DNA of 64,000 bases from an uncultured delta proteobacterium (lineage in GTDB: Bacteria; Myxococcota_A; Polyangia; Polyangiales; Polyangiaceae), in contig CAVOKF010000003.1 of assembly GCA_963696385.1 (NCBI GenBank), forward strand, positions 64,001-128,000. Direction: 5' to 3'. Numbering within the stretch: the first letter of the stretch is position 1; each line of letters begins with the position of its first letter. Position numbers and translations under genes: made by a program. The notes beneath the pieces are model-generated. The model searched no databases. It saw only the letters and a program-made list of their open reading frames with translations, and was not told the DNA's origin. Below, piece after piece: positions 38,649 to 50,132 of the stretch.

Positions 38649-39383
38649 ATGGTAAAAGAAGCTATCGTGCGAGGTTTCGTCGATCTGCACTGCCATTGGA
38701 TCGCAGGAATCGACGACGGCGCGCGGACACCGGAAGAGGGCCTGCTCATGCTGCGCCGGCTGCACGAAGCCGGCTTCAGCGAAGTCGTCGCGACGCCGCA
38801 CATGAGGCCAGGGATGTTCGACAACGACAAGGCGAGCATCGAACGTTCATTTGCAGCCATGCAGCCGACTCTCTCGGCAAGCGTAGCTGTGCCGCTCGTA
38901 CACCTCGCGAGCGAGCATTTCTTCGATGACGTGGTCTTTGGACGCTTGATCCGCGGCGAAGGGCTTCCCTATACAGGCAAGGCCGTGCTCGTCGAGTTCG
39001 GAAAGGCCTTCCCGGCGCGTGCTCAGCACCGGTTCTTCGACCTTCGGCGCGCCGGACTCGTGCCCGTACTCGCCCACCCCGAGCGGTACGAGTCCGTTTG
39101 GCGCGATGACGGCTGTTTGGACCCCTTGCTCGATGCCGGAGCTCACCTGCTTCTCGACCTGTGCGCGCTCATCGGGAAATATGGCCGCCTACCGCAGCGA
39201 GCGGCGGAAAAGCTGCTTGAAGAGGACGCGTACGAGGCTGCCTGTTCGGACGCGCACAAACCGGATGACGTCGACGATGTCGCCCTCGCGATCGATCGTC
39301 TCCGGTCCCTGGTCGGTGCCGTTGAGGCGCATCGACTTCTGGCGGAGGGGCCGCGATCCATCCTGCATGGATCGCTTCACTAG
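38649..39383 (+). CDS. PHP-family tyrosine phosphatase (CpsB/YwqE-like)
   Basis: DLHCH, ATPH, AHPERY, SDAH. Confidence 0.9.
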   Translation: MVKEAIVRGFVDLHCHWIAGIDDGARTPEEGLLMLRRLHEAGFSEVVATPHMRPGMFDNDKASIERSFAAMQPTLSASVAVPLVHLASEHFFDDVVFGRLIRGEGLPYTGKAVLVEFGKAFPARAQHRFFDLRRAGLVPVLAHPERYESVWRDDGCLDPLLDAGAHLLLDLCALIGKYGRLPQRAAEKLLEEDAYEAACSDAHKPDDVDDVALAIDRLRSLVGAVEAHRLLAEGPRSILHGSLH

Positions 39384-39435
39384 AACCGCGAGCCGTCTGA
39401 GCCAATGACCTCCGTCGTGCTATGCTGGTTTCTCA

Positions 39436-40590
39436 GTGGCTAAGGCCGGTATGGGAAGCGTCGTTGCCTCCCCGCAGGGATTTTTGCGGCGTCATGCCGG
39501 CAAATTCGTCGCTTCGGGACTCATCACGTGCGGAATCGTTTACACCGTCCACAAAGGCGGTCTTAAATTCTTGCCCGAGGGGGGCGACTTCCAGCGCGTT
39601 CGATGGTGGGCCTTGTCACTTTACCTGGTGACTTGGGTCACGATGACTTGGTTTCGCAGCGTCCGGTGGCGCTATCTCTTGCGATCGATCGCCGAAGTTC
39701 CGCGAAAGCGGCTCTTTACGGTTTCATGCATCGGCTTCGCGGCGATTCTCGTGATGCCGTTCCGCATCGGCGAGATCGTGCGACCGTACATGATTCGGAC
39801 GCCTGCAAGCGACCGCGAACCGTCGAGTCGACCCATTACGCTGACGGCGGCCACGAGCTCGGTGGTCGCCGAACGTGTCATCGACGGCCTTTATATCAGT
39901 ATCGTCTTGGCGGTCGCCCTGCTCTTCGTACCGACGGTCCAACCGCTTCCGGACCGGGTCGTCGGTCTGCCGGTCACCGTTGCCGAGGTTCGGTGGAGCG
40001 GTTACGCGATGCTGGCGCTCTTCGGCGCATTGTTTGCGACGATCGCCGTTTTCTACTTCGCGCGATCGTGGGCGCATCGCACCACCCTTGCCGTCGTCGG
40101 GAAGTTATCCATGAAGGCCGCCGAGAGGCTTGCGAGTACTTGCGAGAAGTTCGCGGATGGACTGCATGTTTTTGGTCGGGGTGGCGACGCTCTAGGATTT
40201 CTCTTCGAGACGACGCTCTATTGGGGCCTGAATGTTTGTGGAATGTGGTTGCTGGCGTGGGGCTGCGGTGTCGCACATGCGGACGGATCGTCGCCATCCT
40301 TCGGGGAAGCGTGCGCGCTGATGGGCATGCTGAGTTGCGCGATCCTCATTCCAGGACCGCCTGGGATGCTCGGCGTCTTCCAGGCCGGCATCTATGCCGG
40401 GATGACGATGTTTTACCCGACCCACATCGTCACGGGCCCCGGCGCCGCTTACGTCTTTCTGCTGTACGCGACTCAATGCGTCTTCGCCCTGATGGCCGGC
40501 GCGATTGCGCTGGCCACCGTGCGCGGCGGAATCCGCGAGCTCGAAGAGTCTGAGGGGATTCTCCCCCGAACGGCTGGCGTCGCCGAGTAG
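39436..40590 (+). CDS. Lysylphosphatidylglycerol-synthase-TM/flippase-like membrane protein
   Basis: RW, PFRIGEIVRP, ERVIDG, PGPPGMLG. Confidence 0.85.
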   Translation: MAKAGMGSVVASPQGFLRRHAGKFVASGLITCGIVYTVHKGGLKFLPEGGDFQRVRWWALSLYLVTWVTMTWFRSVRWRYLLRSIAEVPRKRLFTVSCIGFAAILVMPFRIGEIVRPYMIRTPASDREPSSRPITLTAATSSVVAERVIDGLYISIVLAVALLFVPTVQPLPDRVVGLPVTVAEVRWSGYAMLALFGALFATIAVFYFARSWAHRTTLAVVGKLSMKAAERLASTCEKFADGLHVFGRGGDALGFLFETTLYWGLNVCGMWLLAWGCGVAHADGSSPSFGEACALMGMLSCAILIPGPPGMLGVFQAGIYAGMTMFYPTHIVTGPGAAYVFLLYATQCVFALMAGAIALATVRGGIRELEESEGILPRTAGVAE

Positions 40591-40644
40591 GAAACGTTTC
40601 TTGGCGGTCGGGTCCCGCCCGAGCTATTCAGACGAGAGGCGGCC

Positions 40645-41112
40645 ATGGGTTGTGCTTCGAAGGCTGCGCTCGTTGGGGCGCTCTCGGGTGGGGTCCTGGC
40701 CGTCTTCATCGTCGCGCGTGCCCCGTGCGCAAGCGCCAAAGCAACCTACGAGTCACCGTATGGCTATACACGCACGTGGAACGCCGCTCTGCGCCTCGTC
40801 CGCGTCGATAGAGGTTGGAAAATCGCCGAAAAGGACGAGAGCAGCGGCTACCTTCTTTTCGAATATACGTCACCGGAAAATGCGAAGCCGAGCGCCGGCT
40901 CGGTCGAGCTGATTCGAGGTCCTGACGCCGATGTCGCCGTTGGCGTAGTCGTGCAGATTCCGCAAATGCCGCGCTATCACGAACAGATGGTGCTCGATGC
41001 GCTTGCGGCCAAAATGCGCCGCGAATACGGGGATGCCCCGCCCCCGATCCGCGGTGGACATGCGCCGCCGGATGGGCTGCCCGATGCCGGCCAGGCGGCC
41101 GACGCGGATTGA
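40645..41112 (+). CDS. Exported hypothetical protein
   Basis: Signal-like N-terminus, protein-like ORF. Confidence 0.7.
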   Translation: MGCASKAALVGALSGGVLAVFIVARAPCASAKATYESPYGYTRTWNAALRLVRVDRGWKIAEKDESSGYLLFEYTSPENAKPSAGSVELIRGPDADVAVGVVVQIPQMPRYHEQMVLDALAAKMRREYGDAPPPIRGGHAPPDGLPDAGQAADAD

Positions 41113-41131
41113 TCCGAATCGAGGCCGATCG

Positions 41132-42079
41132 TCACAGCCGAGCGAGTGGATCGTCTCCGGCATCGTTCACACGTGGATCGCCACAGCAGCGAAAGCCGAT
41201 TTGGTAGTACCGGAAGGTCTCATCGTGGGCCGTCGTCATCGGCCGGCAGCGGGTCCGGACGGGACCCCAGTATCCGCCCTTCAGGCCACTCGCATAGGGC
41301 CGGCCCAACTGGGACACGTTGACCACCCATTCGTCTACGTTCCCGACCATGTCGTGCACGCCATAGGGGCTCACGCAGGCAGTGCGTGAGCCGCTGGGCT
41401 CGCGCTGGTCGAGCTTCGCGAGCTCTTCAGCCTGGGTCCTTGGATCGAAAATCCGCTCTGGATGTGGCCAAATGTATGGTTTGTCGATGTTGCATGCCCG
41501 ATCGTCACGCTGGTAGCCGTTGCCGTAGGGATACGGAAGGCGGTCAGGGCCCTCGCAAGCCAGCGTCCATTCCGTGTCGGAGCACAGCCGCTTGCCGAGC
41601 GACTCGCATGACGTTTTTGCCTCGCGCCAGCTTGCCATATACGTCGGCAGCGCGCCCGCTCTATTGGGCCATTCATATCGATCCATACAGAAGTGCTTCT
41701 GCTGTCCTGCCGTGGCGCATCGAGTCGGCACGGCAGTTTTGTCGAATTCGGCGCATTGGAGACGCGTCTCCGGATCGAGCCATCGGAGGCATCGCTGTTC
41801 GGCGTATGGACAGTACTCGCCTTCCACGTCGACCATGTCGGGCGCGCATGCCCCTTCGGCAGGCAGGCCGACCGGCGCAGCTCCCGGGGCGATAAAGCGA
41901 CCAAAGACCGTGTCTTGTTTGGCCAAAAGCGGCAAGAGTTGAATCAATCCAGCCGGATCGATCGTGCCCGTGCCGGCAATGACGCCGGTCGAGTTTGCCG
42001 CTTGCGAACGCACGCTGACCGTCGCGACGGCTACCGTCGTCAAGAACCCCAGAAAGACCCACGTCCTGACGCCACGCAT
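41132..42079 (-). CDS. FGE-sulfatase (SUMF1/EgtB/PvdO) domain protein
   Basis: FCMDRYE, KRLC..EW, HDMVGNVDEW, GFRCC. Confidence 0.9.
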   Translation of the reverse strand: MRGVRTWVFLGFLTTVAVATVSVRSQAANSTGVIAGTGTIDPAGLIQLLPLLAKQDTVFGRFIAPGAAPVGLPAEGACAPDMVDVEGEYCPYAEQRCLRWLDPETRLQCAEFDKTAVPTRCATAGQQKHFCMDRYEWPNRAGALPTYMASWREAKTSCESLGKRLCSDTEWTLACEGPDRLPYPYGNGYQRDDRACNIDKPYIWPHPERIFDPRTQAEELAKLDQREPSGSRTACVSPYGVHDMVGNVDEWVVNVSQLGRPYASGLKGGYWGPVRTRCRPMTTAHDETFRYYQIGFRCCGDPRVNDAGDDPLARL

Positions 42080-42936
42080 CGGGATCTTACCGCTCGCGAT
42101 TGCGCAGACACCCCCAACGAACGACGCACTACGCGATAAATACCCGAGCGAGGGGCACGTCTTCCGTTCGCAAGCGAACGACTCGTTACGCGGTGGGATC
42201 CCGAAGGGAAGCACGCGCCTTCCGTTCTCAGGACGATCGGAACATCGCATTGTAGAAACTACCCACCGCCCAACTAAGCAAACGCCGATCCATCGACGTA
42301 GACCGTCGGAAATTCGGCGAACGCGAATTAATTACGGCTATCGAGCGAGTTTGATCTTCAATCGACGCGATCCCGCAGCCGTTTGAACCGGATCCAATCG
42401 TATCGAGTTGAGCGAGGTCCGGTCACATTTGTTGCGGACGCGCGTGCCTCTGCTGGGTTCTGGCAGGTGAAAACTGCGCGCTTCTCGCGAGCTCGTCAGA
42501 GAAGGCGTTTGCGCGTCACCGCGAACATAAAATGGCGAACGCGCGTTCGCAGCTCGCGCCGCCTGACTATCGAGCCTGCATCTCGGGTGGCGTCGTGTGC
42601 CGTTCCGACCCTTGTGCGGCCCGGAGCACGCGACCCCCCAACCGTTGGCGCGGCGATACCGCTCCTGCTCTGCCCTTGGCAAGGCACGGTCCGCGCACCC
42701 CCCGATGGCGCGCAAGAAAGGCGGGGCGACCCAGGCCGGCGCATCGAATGCCGCGCGACGTGCATCCATGATGCGTCTCAACAGCGTCCCCCGCCAGCGG
42801 ACAACACGACGAGCTCAGGGCGACCGCCCGACTTCAAGGGATCGACTTGCCGTCGCCGCCGCTCGTCGTTCCACGCGCCTGAACAGCGCAGCACCAGCCG
42901 AGTCTACGACAGCGCGCCCCGTTTCGCATGTTCCAT

Positions 42937-44778
42937 TCAGCTCTCGATGAAGCTCTTGAGCTGTTTGCTCCGCGACGGGTGTCGGAGTTTTCGCAGCGCT
43001 TTCGCCTCAATTTGCCGGATGCGCTCGCGTGTAACTTCGAAGTCCTGGCCTACCTCTTCCAGGGTGTGATCGCTCTTTTCTCCGATGCCGAACCGCATGC
43101 GGAGAACTTTCTCCTCTCGCGGGGTCAGCGTCTTGAGAACCTTTCGAGTCTGTTCCGCGAGGTTCATGTTGATGACGGCCTCGGCGGGGGACACCACGCT
43201 CTTGTCCTCGATGAAGTCTCCCAGATGCGAATCTTCCTCCTCGCCGATAGGAGTCTCCAGACTGATCGGTTCCTTGGCGATCTTCAGAACCTTGCGGACC
43301 TTGTCCAGCGGCAGTTCCATCTTTTCGGCGATCTCTTCGGGCGTCGGCTCGCGGCCGTACTCCTGGACGAGATAGCGGCTCGTCCGGATGAGCTTATTGA
43401 TCGTTTCGATCATATGGACCGGAATTCGTATCGTTCGCGCCTGGTCGGCGATGGCGCGGGTGATCGCCTGCCGAATCCACCACGTCGCGTACGTGGAGAA
43501 TTTGTAGCCGCGCTTGTACTCGAACTTATCGACGGCTTTCATCAAGCCGATGTTGCCCTCTTGGATCAAGTCGAGAAACTGCAGGCCTCGGTTCGTGTAC
43601 TTTTTCGCGATGCTCACGACGAGACGCAGATTCGCTTCGACGAGCTCCGCCTTGGCTTTGTCGGCGATCCTTTCCCCTCGCCGGATCGACTCATACGTTT
43701 CGCGCAGTTCCTTGACGTCGAGCTGCAGCTCTTCCTCGACCTTCTTCAGGTTCTTTTGAGCGGCGGAGTGTGCCCCCAGCACGTCGTCGGGGGATAAACC
43801 ATACTTGCGCTTGTACTTGCGCTCGGTCGAGGCATCACCACGAGACTGCCGCGCCTCCTTTCGGAGCTGGTCGACGTCAGCCCCTGCGTGTTTGGCCAGC
43901 TCCAGAATGCTGCTTTCGGCACGCTCGATTTTCTGGATCAACCCTCGCAGTTTGGTGACAACTTTATCGATGGTCTTCTTGTTGAGGCGCATCTCCTCGA
44001 GAGTCTCGACCATCTTTTGACGGTTGCCGTCGATCTCGACCTCAATCCCTTTGCGGCGAGAGGCGGCGCATGTCGTCACGCTCTCTTTGAGCTCGAGGGC
44101 TACTTTATCGAGGTGCCTGACTTTGTCGATCAGCCGCAGGATGCGGCGGTCGGCTTCCTCCTCGTCGAACTCGGCGTTGTCGTCTTCCGCGTCACGGATG
44201 ATGTCCCGTACGCGGATTTTGTGCTTTCTGAGCTTATCACCGAGATCCATAATCTCGTGAACGGCGACCGGCGAGTTGAGAATCGCCGAGAGCACCATGT
44301 GCTCTCCCTGTTCGATTCGCTTGGCAATCTCGACTTCACCCTCGCGCGTAAGAAGCGATACGCTCCCCATCTTGCGCAGATACATGCGAACAGGGTCGTT
44401 GCTCTTCGAATAGTACCCGTCGACCTCCTCGTCGCCCTTCGGAGGCGCCGAGGTTTGCTCCCGGTCGCGCGCGACTTTCTGCTCTGCCTGCTCTTCAACG
44501 ATGCGCTTAGGCGCTATTTTCACCTGCGTTGCGGCATCGACGATCTCGATGTCCTCGTCGCCAAGAACGCCGAGTACGTCGTCCATTTGGTCGGCCGCGA
44601 CCATGTCGGCGGGCAACGCATCGTTCACCTCGTCGTAAGTCAGAAATCCTTTGGATTTGCCGATCTCGATGAGTTGTTGAACTTCTTTCCGGTCACGGTT
44701 CTTCGTCGCCATCGCTACCTCGGTGCTTCTTCCCCATGCGCCTTGCGCGCCAACGCGCACGCGCTTTCCCTCACTCAC
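42937..44778 (-). CDS. rpoD: RNA polymerase primary sigma factor
   Basis: Regions 1.1-4: [39 protein letters not shown]; start may be 44712. Confidence 0.98.
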   Translation of the reverse strand: MSEGKRVRVGAQGAWGRSTEVAMATKNRDRKEVQQLIEIGKSKGFLTYDEVNDALPADMVAADQMDDVLGVLGDEDIEIVDAATQVKIAPKRIVEEQAEQKVARDREQTSAPPKGDEEVDGYYSKSNDPVRMYLRKMGSVSLLTREGEVEIAKRIEQGEHMVLSAILNSPVAVHEIMDLGDKLRKHKIRVRDIIRDAEDDNAEFDEEEADRRILRLIDKVRHLDKVALELKESVTTCAASRRKGIEVEIDGNRQKMVETLEEMRLNKKTIDKVVTKLRGLIQKIERAESSILELAKHAGADVDQLRKEARQSRGDASTERKYKRKYGLSPDDVLGAHSAAQKNLKKVEEELQLDVKELRETYESIRRGERIADKAKAELVEANLRLVVSIAKKYTNRGLQFLDLIQEGNIGLMKAVDKFEYKRGYKFSTYATWWIRQAITRAIADQARTIRIPVHMIETINKLIRTSRYLVQEYGREPTPEEIAEKMELPLDKVRKVLKIAKEPISLETPIGEEEDSHLGDFIEDKSVVSPAEAVINMNLAEQTRKVLKTLTPREEKVLRMRFGIGEKSDHTLEEVGQDFEVTRERIRQIEAKALRKLRHPSRSKQLKSFIES

Positions 44779-46655
44779 CTGCGAATCAGGCCTTGCCGCT
44801 GACGCACGAGCGCGTCGACGTGTTTCGCGAGTTGCACTTCGGCCTCCCAGTCGCCGACGACGCGCTGTTGCTCACGTACCGTCTCGAGCGTTTCCCGCGC
44901 AACGTTGGTCTCCCGCAGTTTTCTTGCGTTCGCGAGTACGGATGCGCGCGCTTCCTCAAGCGTGTCGTGAACCGGAGCCGCGAGGCGTGCAGACGCGAAG
45001 GCTTGGATCGCCGATGGCATTTGCGCAAGAAATTCGCTCGTGTCGAGCACTTTTTCACCGCGCGCGTCCACGCGGATGCACTTCGCCATCGCCGCCACAA
45101 TCCGTGCCGATTCGCCCCCGAGAAGGCCCAAAGTTTCCCTCACTGCGGAATCGTCCAAAAGCACGGAATAATCCAAGAGAGCGCCGACGATGGCCTTCCG
45201 CTCCTCATAGCCTGGCGCGCGATGCTTGACACGCGCCTCGGAAGGTCTCGAGCTTGCGCGTACGCGTGCGCCTTGGGCGGAGCTAGCCACCTTCCGCTCC
45301 AGCGCCCCGAAGGCATTCGGCGCAGAGCGTATCAGATCGAGTCGGCTCGCGGCGTAGTCGGCGTATGCCTTCAGCATCCCCCGAACCACGGGATCCCTTT
45401 GGCGGACCAACAGCGCGGCGACCCGATCGATCCGCGCCACACGATCGCGCAGGTCCGCAGCGTTGAACGAATCGTCGAGCTCGACGTCGATCAGGTATTC
45501 GAGTAAGCCTCGCGCCTGCCCGACGACGTGATGGAGCGCCGGGACGCCTCTCGCGCGAACGTATTCGTCCGGGTCCATCTCGTCCGGCAGCAGGGCGACG
45601 TCCGCCTCGAGGCCTGCCTTGTCGCATGCATCCTCCGCGGCTCGGGCCGCCTTGCGCCCCGCCGCGTCGCCGTCGAACAGGAGCGTTACGTTGCCGGCAT
45701 ATCGCCGAAGCAGTTTTGCCTGATCGGCGGTGAATGCGGTACCCAGTGGAGCGACCACGTTGGGTACACCTCGCGCTTGGAGGCTGACGACGTCAAAGTT
45801 GCCTTCAACGACGATCGCTCGGCCCGCTTGCCGGATGGCATGCCGACCCTGCCACAGGCCGAACAGCGTCGCCCCTTTGACGTAAATGGGACTCTCGGGC
45901 GAGTTGATGTACTTCGGGGGAGGATCCCGGGCCGCATCGAGTGCCTCGTCGTGCCCGACGTTCTTATCCGCCTGAAGGGCACGGCCACTGAATGCGACGA
46001 CCCGGCCCTGAGCATCCAGCACTGCAAACATGAGGCGGTGCCGGAATCGGTCGTAATAGCTCGAGCCGCTCGACCGCGGCACGAGGAGCCCGACGGCCTC
46101 ACCGATCGCCGGCGAGACCCCCTGTTTCTTCAGGAAGCTCGCGAGGCCCTCCCACCCCGTGGGCGCGTATCCCAAGCGAAATGCGGCCGCGGTCTCACTC
46201 TTCGGATCCAGACCGCGGCGAGCAAGCTCGTCGAGCGCGCACGAGCGGCTCGGATGCACGCGCAACTGCTCTTCGTACCAAGTTGCGGCCACTTGCATCG
46301 CGCCGTAGAGGGCGTCACGTTCGTTCCTGTGTCGTGCGGCGTCGCTCGGCGCAGCGCCACGCTCGTCTTCGAGCGCGACGCCCGCGCGCTCAGCAAGGGC
46401 GCGAACGGCTTCGGCAAAGGTGTAGCCTTCGACGCGCTCTAAAAACGAAAAGGCATCTCCGCTCTCCTTGCACCCAAAGCAGTGGTAGATGCCGCTGTCG
46501 GGGTTGACGTGAAAGCTCGGCGTCCTCTCCTTGTGGAAGGGGCATAGGCCCACGAAGCGCCGCCCCCGCTTTTTCAAAGATGGAACGCTCTCGGAAACGA
46601 TTGCGACGATGTCCGTGCGGTCGCGTACGAGCGAAATGGCATCCTTCGAGATCAT
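44775..46655 (-). CDS. dnaG: DNA primase
   Basis: CPFH zinc finger, KYINSPE, VEGNFD, FDGDAAG; upstream of rpoD. Confidence 0.97.
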   Translation of the reverse strand: MISKDAISLVRDRTDIVAIVSESVPSLKKRGRRFVGLCPFHKERTPSFHVNPDSGIYHCFGCKESGDAFSFLERVEGYTFAEAVRALAERAGVALEDERGAAPSDAARHRNERDALYGAMQVAATWYEEQLRVHPSRSCALDELARRGLDPKSETAAAFRLGYAPTGWEGLASFLKKQGVSPAIGEAVGLLVPRSSGSSYYDRFRHRLMFAVLDAQGRVVAFSGRALQADKNVGHDEALDAARDPPPKYINSPESPIYVKGATLFGLWQGRHAIRQAGRAIVVEGNFDVVSLQARGVPNVVAPLGTAFTADQAKLLRRYAGNVTLLFDGDAAGRKAARAAEDACDKAGLEADVALLPDEMDPDEYVRARGVPALHHVVGQARGLLEYLIDVELDDSFNAADLRDRVARIDRVAALLVRQRDPVVRGMLKAYADYAASRLDLIRSAPNAFGALERKVASSAQGARVRASSRPSEARVKHRAPGYEERKAIVGALLDYSVLLDDSAVRETLGLLGGESARIVAAMAKCIRVDARGEKVLDTSEFLAQMPSAIQAFASARLAAPVHDTLEEARASVLANARKLRETNVARETLETVREQQRVVGDWEAEVQLAKHVDALVRQRQGLIRR

Positions 46656-47016
46656 CGGCCGTCGCTCAGCGCTTGGCGGGAAGTCAACCAGCCCCATTCC
46701 GGCAGGCCGACGCTGGGAGCGCATCGGTGGACCCCAAGCGCTGTTCGAACCAATGCGATTGCATTCGGGTCACACTCGCCCACTTCGGCTTGAACTGGGT
46801 GTCGGCCAAGTTCCAGGGGCCTTTGCAAGTCGTTGCACTCGGCGCACGAGTCTCTCAGACTATCTCGTCGACTCAAGCGCAGCAGTTTGTCACATGCGCG
46901 CCTTCTCGGGTCAAGCGACGCCGCTTTCCACGTAGCGCCTGGGAACGAGGCCTAGTTCGCCGTGGGGCGGGGAGCCGGGTACGATTGCTACGCCAGCCCG
47001 GGGGGGTCCAGACAGC

Positions 47017-49461
47017 ATGCCGACGCAGTCCGCTCCACCCCCTGCCGTTGCCCGGGCGCCATCTCCGCGCCAAGGAAAAATCCGGGCGAAGCGCGGGAGG
47101 GAGACGATTGTCTCACGCGAGGAGGTCGTTCTTTGCCTTTCCATTGCGCGCGAAGGAATCGGTCTCGAGCTCGCCCGGCCCGTTCGGCTGGGCTGCCTCC
47201 AGGTCACAGCGCTCGCGACGACATTTCCCGGCATGCGCTTCCCGGCCGACGTTTCCGGAGGGGTCCACCGCTTCCGCCACCGTCGAGGACAGCTTCAGCG
47301 GATCGAGGTCGAACTGAGCTCGCGATCGCTGGTGCGCTGGGCTGCTCCGCGATTGCGTGGCGTTGTCAGCGAGGAAGCGCCTGACCTCTGGGTTGCTGCG
47401 GCTTCGGCAAAGGCCACGATTTGCGTCTCGGCGCCGGACGATCGCGATCGTGAAGGATCGCTTCCGGCACCGGCCGTGGCGTTCGACATCCATGCCATGG
47501 CCGACGGGGAAGATCTCGTCCTCGTCGTCGCCAATGCTCGAGGTGTAAACCTGCCGGCACCGGCCGCGGGCATCGCCATTGCGTGCGTCGCCGCCATGGT
47601 CGGGCGCCCCGCGGAGCGATCGGGCGCCGCGTTCACGTTTCGACGCCTCGCTACGGCCCTTTCGGTGGCGCTCCTGCCCGAAGCGGGTGCCCGAATCCCG
47701 GCGGCCCACGGGGTCTGCTGTGCCGTTCTCGCTGCGGATCAAGATACCTGGTTTCTGCAGGCGGCACGCAACGTGCTTTCGGCACAGCCGACGGACGAAG
47801 CGGTCCGGGCTTATGAGGTCGCGCGCTTGCTCCGTGACGCCGACGACCTGCTCGTCGCGGGCGATACCGCCGGAGCGCGCTCCGCCTGCCTCGAGGCTCT
47901 AGGGTTCGCTCCGCGACATCGCGAGATTACCGCTCGCGTGGTCGACATCGACGTCCGAACGACGGGCCACGCCGAGGGCGCCCTCGCCATGCTCGACGAG
48001 ATGTGGGGTGGCGAGGAGCCGGGATGGGGGATCCTCCGTGGCGAGCTGCTTCGGGAGACAGGAGATTTCACCGGCGCGTTGGCGAGTCTCGAACGCGCCG
48101 CGGCAGCGGAGCCCTGCCCCGCGTTGGCCGCGCGCGCGTACACGCTTGCGGCAGCATGGACGCAGGATCCGGAGCACGCGGCCGACTGGTTGGACGGCGC
48201 CATTGCCCGATCTCCCCGCGCGGTGTCCGCCCGTTGGGCCCGTGTTCGCGCGCGCTTGGCGCTCGGTCGCGTCGACGAGGCTCTCGGCGACGCAGAGCAT
48301 CTCGAGGCGCTCGCCGGCACTGCGAGCGAAAAGTACGCCGTGTGGCTTCGCGCCGGACGAGATTGGCAGGCGCGCGGGCTCACGCTGCGCGCTCAAGCGC
48401 TATTCGGGCGTGCGCTTCGATTCGCACCGGAGGAGCCGGAAGCATTGACCGGCTTGGCAGAGGCACTCCTTAGCGAAGGCGCGTTCGCGCGCGGGGTGGC
48501 TCTGCTGACGAAGGCGCTCGAGATTGCGCGTGCGCGCGGCGTGTCCACTTCGGCCATCGTGTTCGCGCTGGCTCGGGCGCTCGCAGAGGGTCTCGCCGAC
48601 CTGCCAACGGCCATCGCGCACATCTCTTCGATCTGCGCCGATGCGCCGGCGCCGGAAGCGGCGGTCGCGAAGGGGCTCGAGGCGCGATGGCGCGCGCGAC
48701 TGGGGGACACCGTCGGCGCAAGCCTGGCTTTTGCGGGACTGCGGGAGGCAGCCGCATCTCTTGCATCCATTCCCGTCGTATCCGGGAGTCGAGAACGACC
48801 CGATAAGCGCGCCGTCGCTTCGCCCCACGATTGCATCGGGCAGGTCGTTGACTTGCTGATCGAGGCTGCGGACCTCGAACTCGCTCATCGTCTCGATCCG
48901 TTGGCCGCACAACGCCATCTCGCCGTCGCTCTACGCCTCAGGCCGCACGACGAACGAGCACGGCGGGCCTTCCGAGACGTCGGCGACCGTGTGCTGCGGT
49001 CGACACGCGGCATCCAGGGCGAGCGCAACCTCGCTATGACGGTCGGCCCCGAGCCTCGCGAAGCCGACGCGACCGACGCGACCGAGAACCGCGCCAACGA
49101 CCTACCGAACCGGCCGCGCGCGCCGATTCGTTCCGTCGATTGGCTCGACCTGGAGACATCCGATGAGCCCGCAGATAGTGAGCGCGCGGCCCGAGTCGAC
49201 GAGCTCACGCGAAGGTTGCAGAGCGACCCCGGCAATGACGCGGTTGCGGACGAACTGGCCTCGCTCCTCGAGCAGCTCGGCCGCGGGCACGAACTTCTCG
49301 CGCTTCTCAGCGCTCGCCTCGAGGATGCCGCCGCCGAGCGCCGTGAAGTTCTCATCGTGCAAGTTCGAACCACACTCGATCGGTTGGCTATCGCCGCGGA
49401 GGAGGCGGGACGGGCCGAAGAGGCGACGCTGTATCGAGAGTGGCGCGGTGGGCTCAGTTGA
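47017..49461 (+). CDS. TPR-repeat hypothetical protein
   Basis: Long Ala/Leu helical repeats. Confidence 0.75.
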   Translation: MPTQSAPPPAVARAPSPRQGKIRAKRGRETIVSREEVVLCLSIAREGIGLELARPVRLGCLQVTALATTFPGMRFPADVSGGVHRFRHRRGQLQRIEVELSSRSLVRWAAPRLRGVVSEEAPDLWVAAASAKATICVSAPDDRDREGSLPAPAVAFDIHAMADGEDLVLVVANARGVNLPAPAAGIAIACVAAMVGRPAERSGAAFTFRRLATALSVALLPEAGARIPAAHGVCCAVLAADQDTWFLQAARNVLSAQPTDEAVRAYEVARLLRDADDLLVAGDTAGARSACLEALGFAPRHREITARVVDIDVRTTGHAEGALAMLDEMWGGEEPGWGILRGELLRETGDFTGALASLERAAAAEPCPALAARAYTLAAAWTQDPEHAADWLDGAIARSPRAVSARWARVRARLALGRVDEALGDAEHLEALAGTASEKYAVWLRAGRDWQARGLTLRAQALFGRALRFAPEEPEALTGLAEALLSEGAFARGVALLTKALEIARARGVSTSAIVFALARALAEGLADLPTAIAHISSICADAPAPEAAVAKGLEARWRARLGDTVGASLAFAGLREAAASLASIPVVSGSRERPDKRAVASPHDCIGQVVDLLIEAADLELAHRLDPLAAQRHLAVALRLRPHDERARRAFRDVGDRVLRSTRGIQGERNLAMTVGPEPREADATDATENRANDLPNRPRAPIRSVDWLDLETSDEPADSERAARVDELTRRLQSDPGNDAVADELASLLEQLGRGHELLALLSARLEDAAAERREVLIVQVRTTLDRLAIAAEEAGRAEEATLYREWRGGLS

Positions 49462-49512
49462 TGGATGCGCCCGCTCGGCCGCAGAGCCGATCGATGCCGT
49501 CTGCAGGGGCTT

Positions 49513-50100
49513 TCACTCGGACGAGTCCGCGGCCAAGAGGGCATTGCGAACCTCCGCCAGGGCAGCCTCGACCTCGGCACCGTCCAGTCCGCACTGGTGT
49601 GCGAGCTTTCCGAGCACCTGTCGCTCGCTAACGCTTACGTGGTCGCTGGTCTGCGCCAAGAGCGCAGCGATGCGCAGGATCTCGCGGGCATGATCTTTTT
49701 TCACCGAAGCCTTCGCGATGGACGCAATGCGTGCGTCGATCCCATCCGCTTTCAGCTGATCGGATAGCTGGCTTACCAGGGAAGCGATCTGCTGCGCAGG
49801 CACCGTGCCACCGCACGCAGTCGAAACTACCCGCTCAAATGCTTGCCTCTCGGCCGTGTCGAAAACCCCGTCGGCGTTGGCGACGACGTAGGCGCCCTCC
49901 ACGATGGCTTCGAAGAGCGCCACGGCCACAGGGTCGAAACCAGTGGGCACGGTGGCATCCCCGGAGGGACGCGACCCATACGAGGCGGCGGCCAGCGACA
50001 AAATCGACATGGGACGATCCGGATCCTCTACCGGAGCGAACGCGGAACGGGCGACCCGCGCGACGAGACGAATGCGTGCGTCATTGGGCATCGCGGCCAC
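49513..50100 (-). CDS. TerB-family protein
   Basis: VANADGVFDTAER, VSVSERQVL. Confidence 0.8.
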   Translation of the reverse strand: MAAMPNDARIRLVARVARSAFAPVEDPDRPMSILSLAAASYGSRPSGDATVPTGFDPVAVALFEAIVEGAYVVANADGVFDTAERQAFERVVSTACGGTVPAQQIASLVSQLSDQLKADGIDARIASIAKASVKKDHAREILRIAALLAQTSDHVSVSERQVLGKLAHQCGLDGAEVEAALAEVRNALLAADSSE

Positions 50101-50132
50101 GAATCCACAGCATACCAGAAGATGAGGCCGCG

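Noticed and set aside
42250..42930. ncRNA or CDS downstream of rpoD
   Set aside because: No tRNA, known RNA motif or convincing ORF recognised by eye
42928..46442. Long + strand ORFs opposite rpoD/dnaG
   Set aside because: Antisense shadow ORFs typical of high-GC conserved genes
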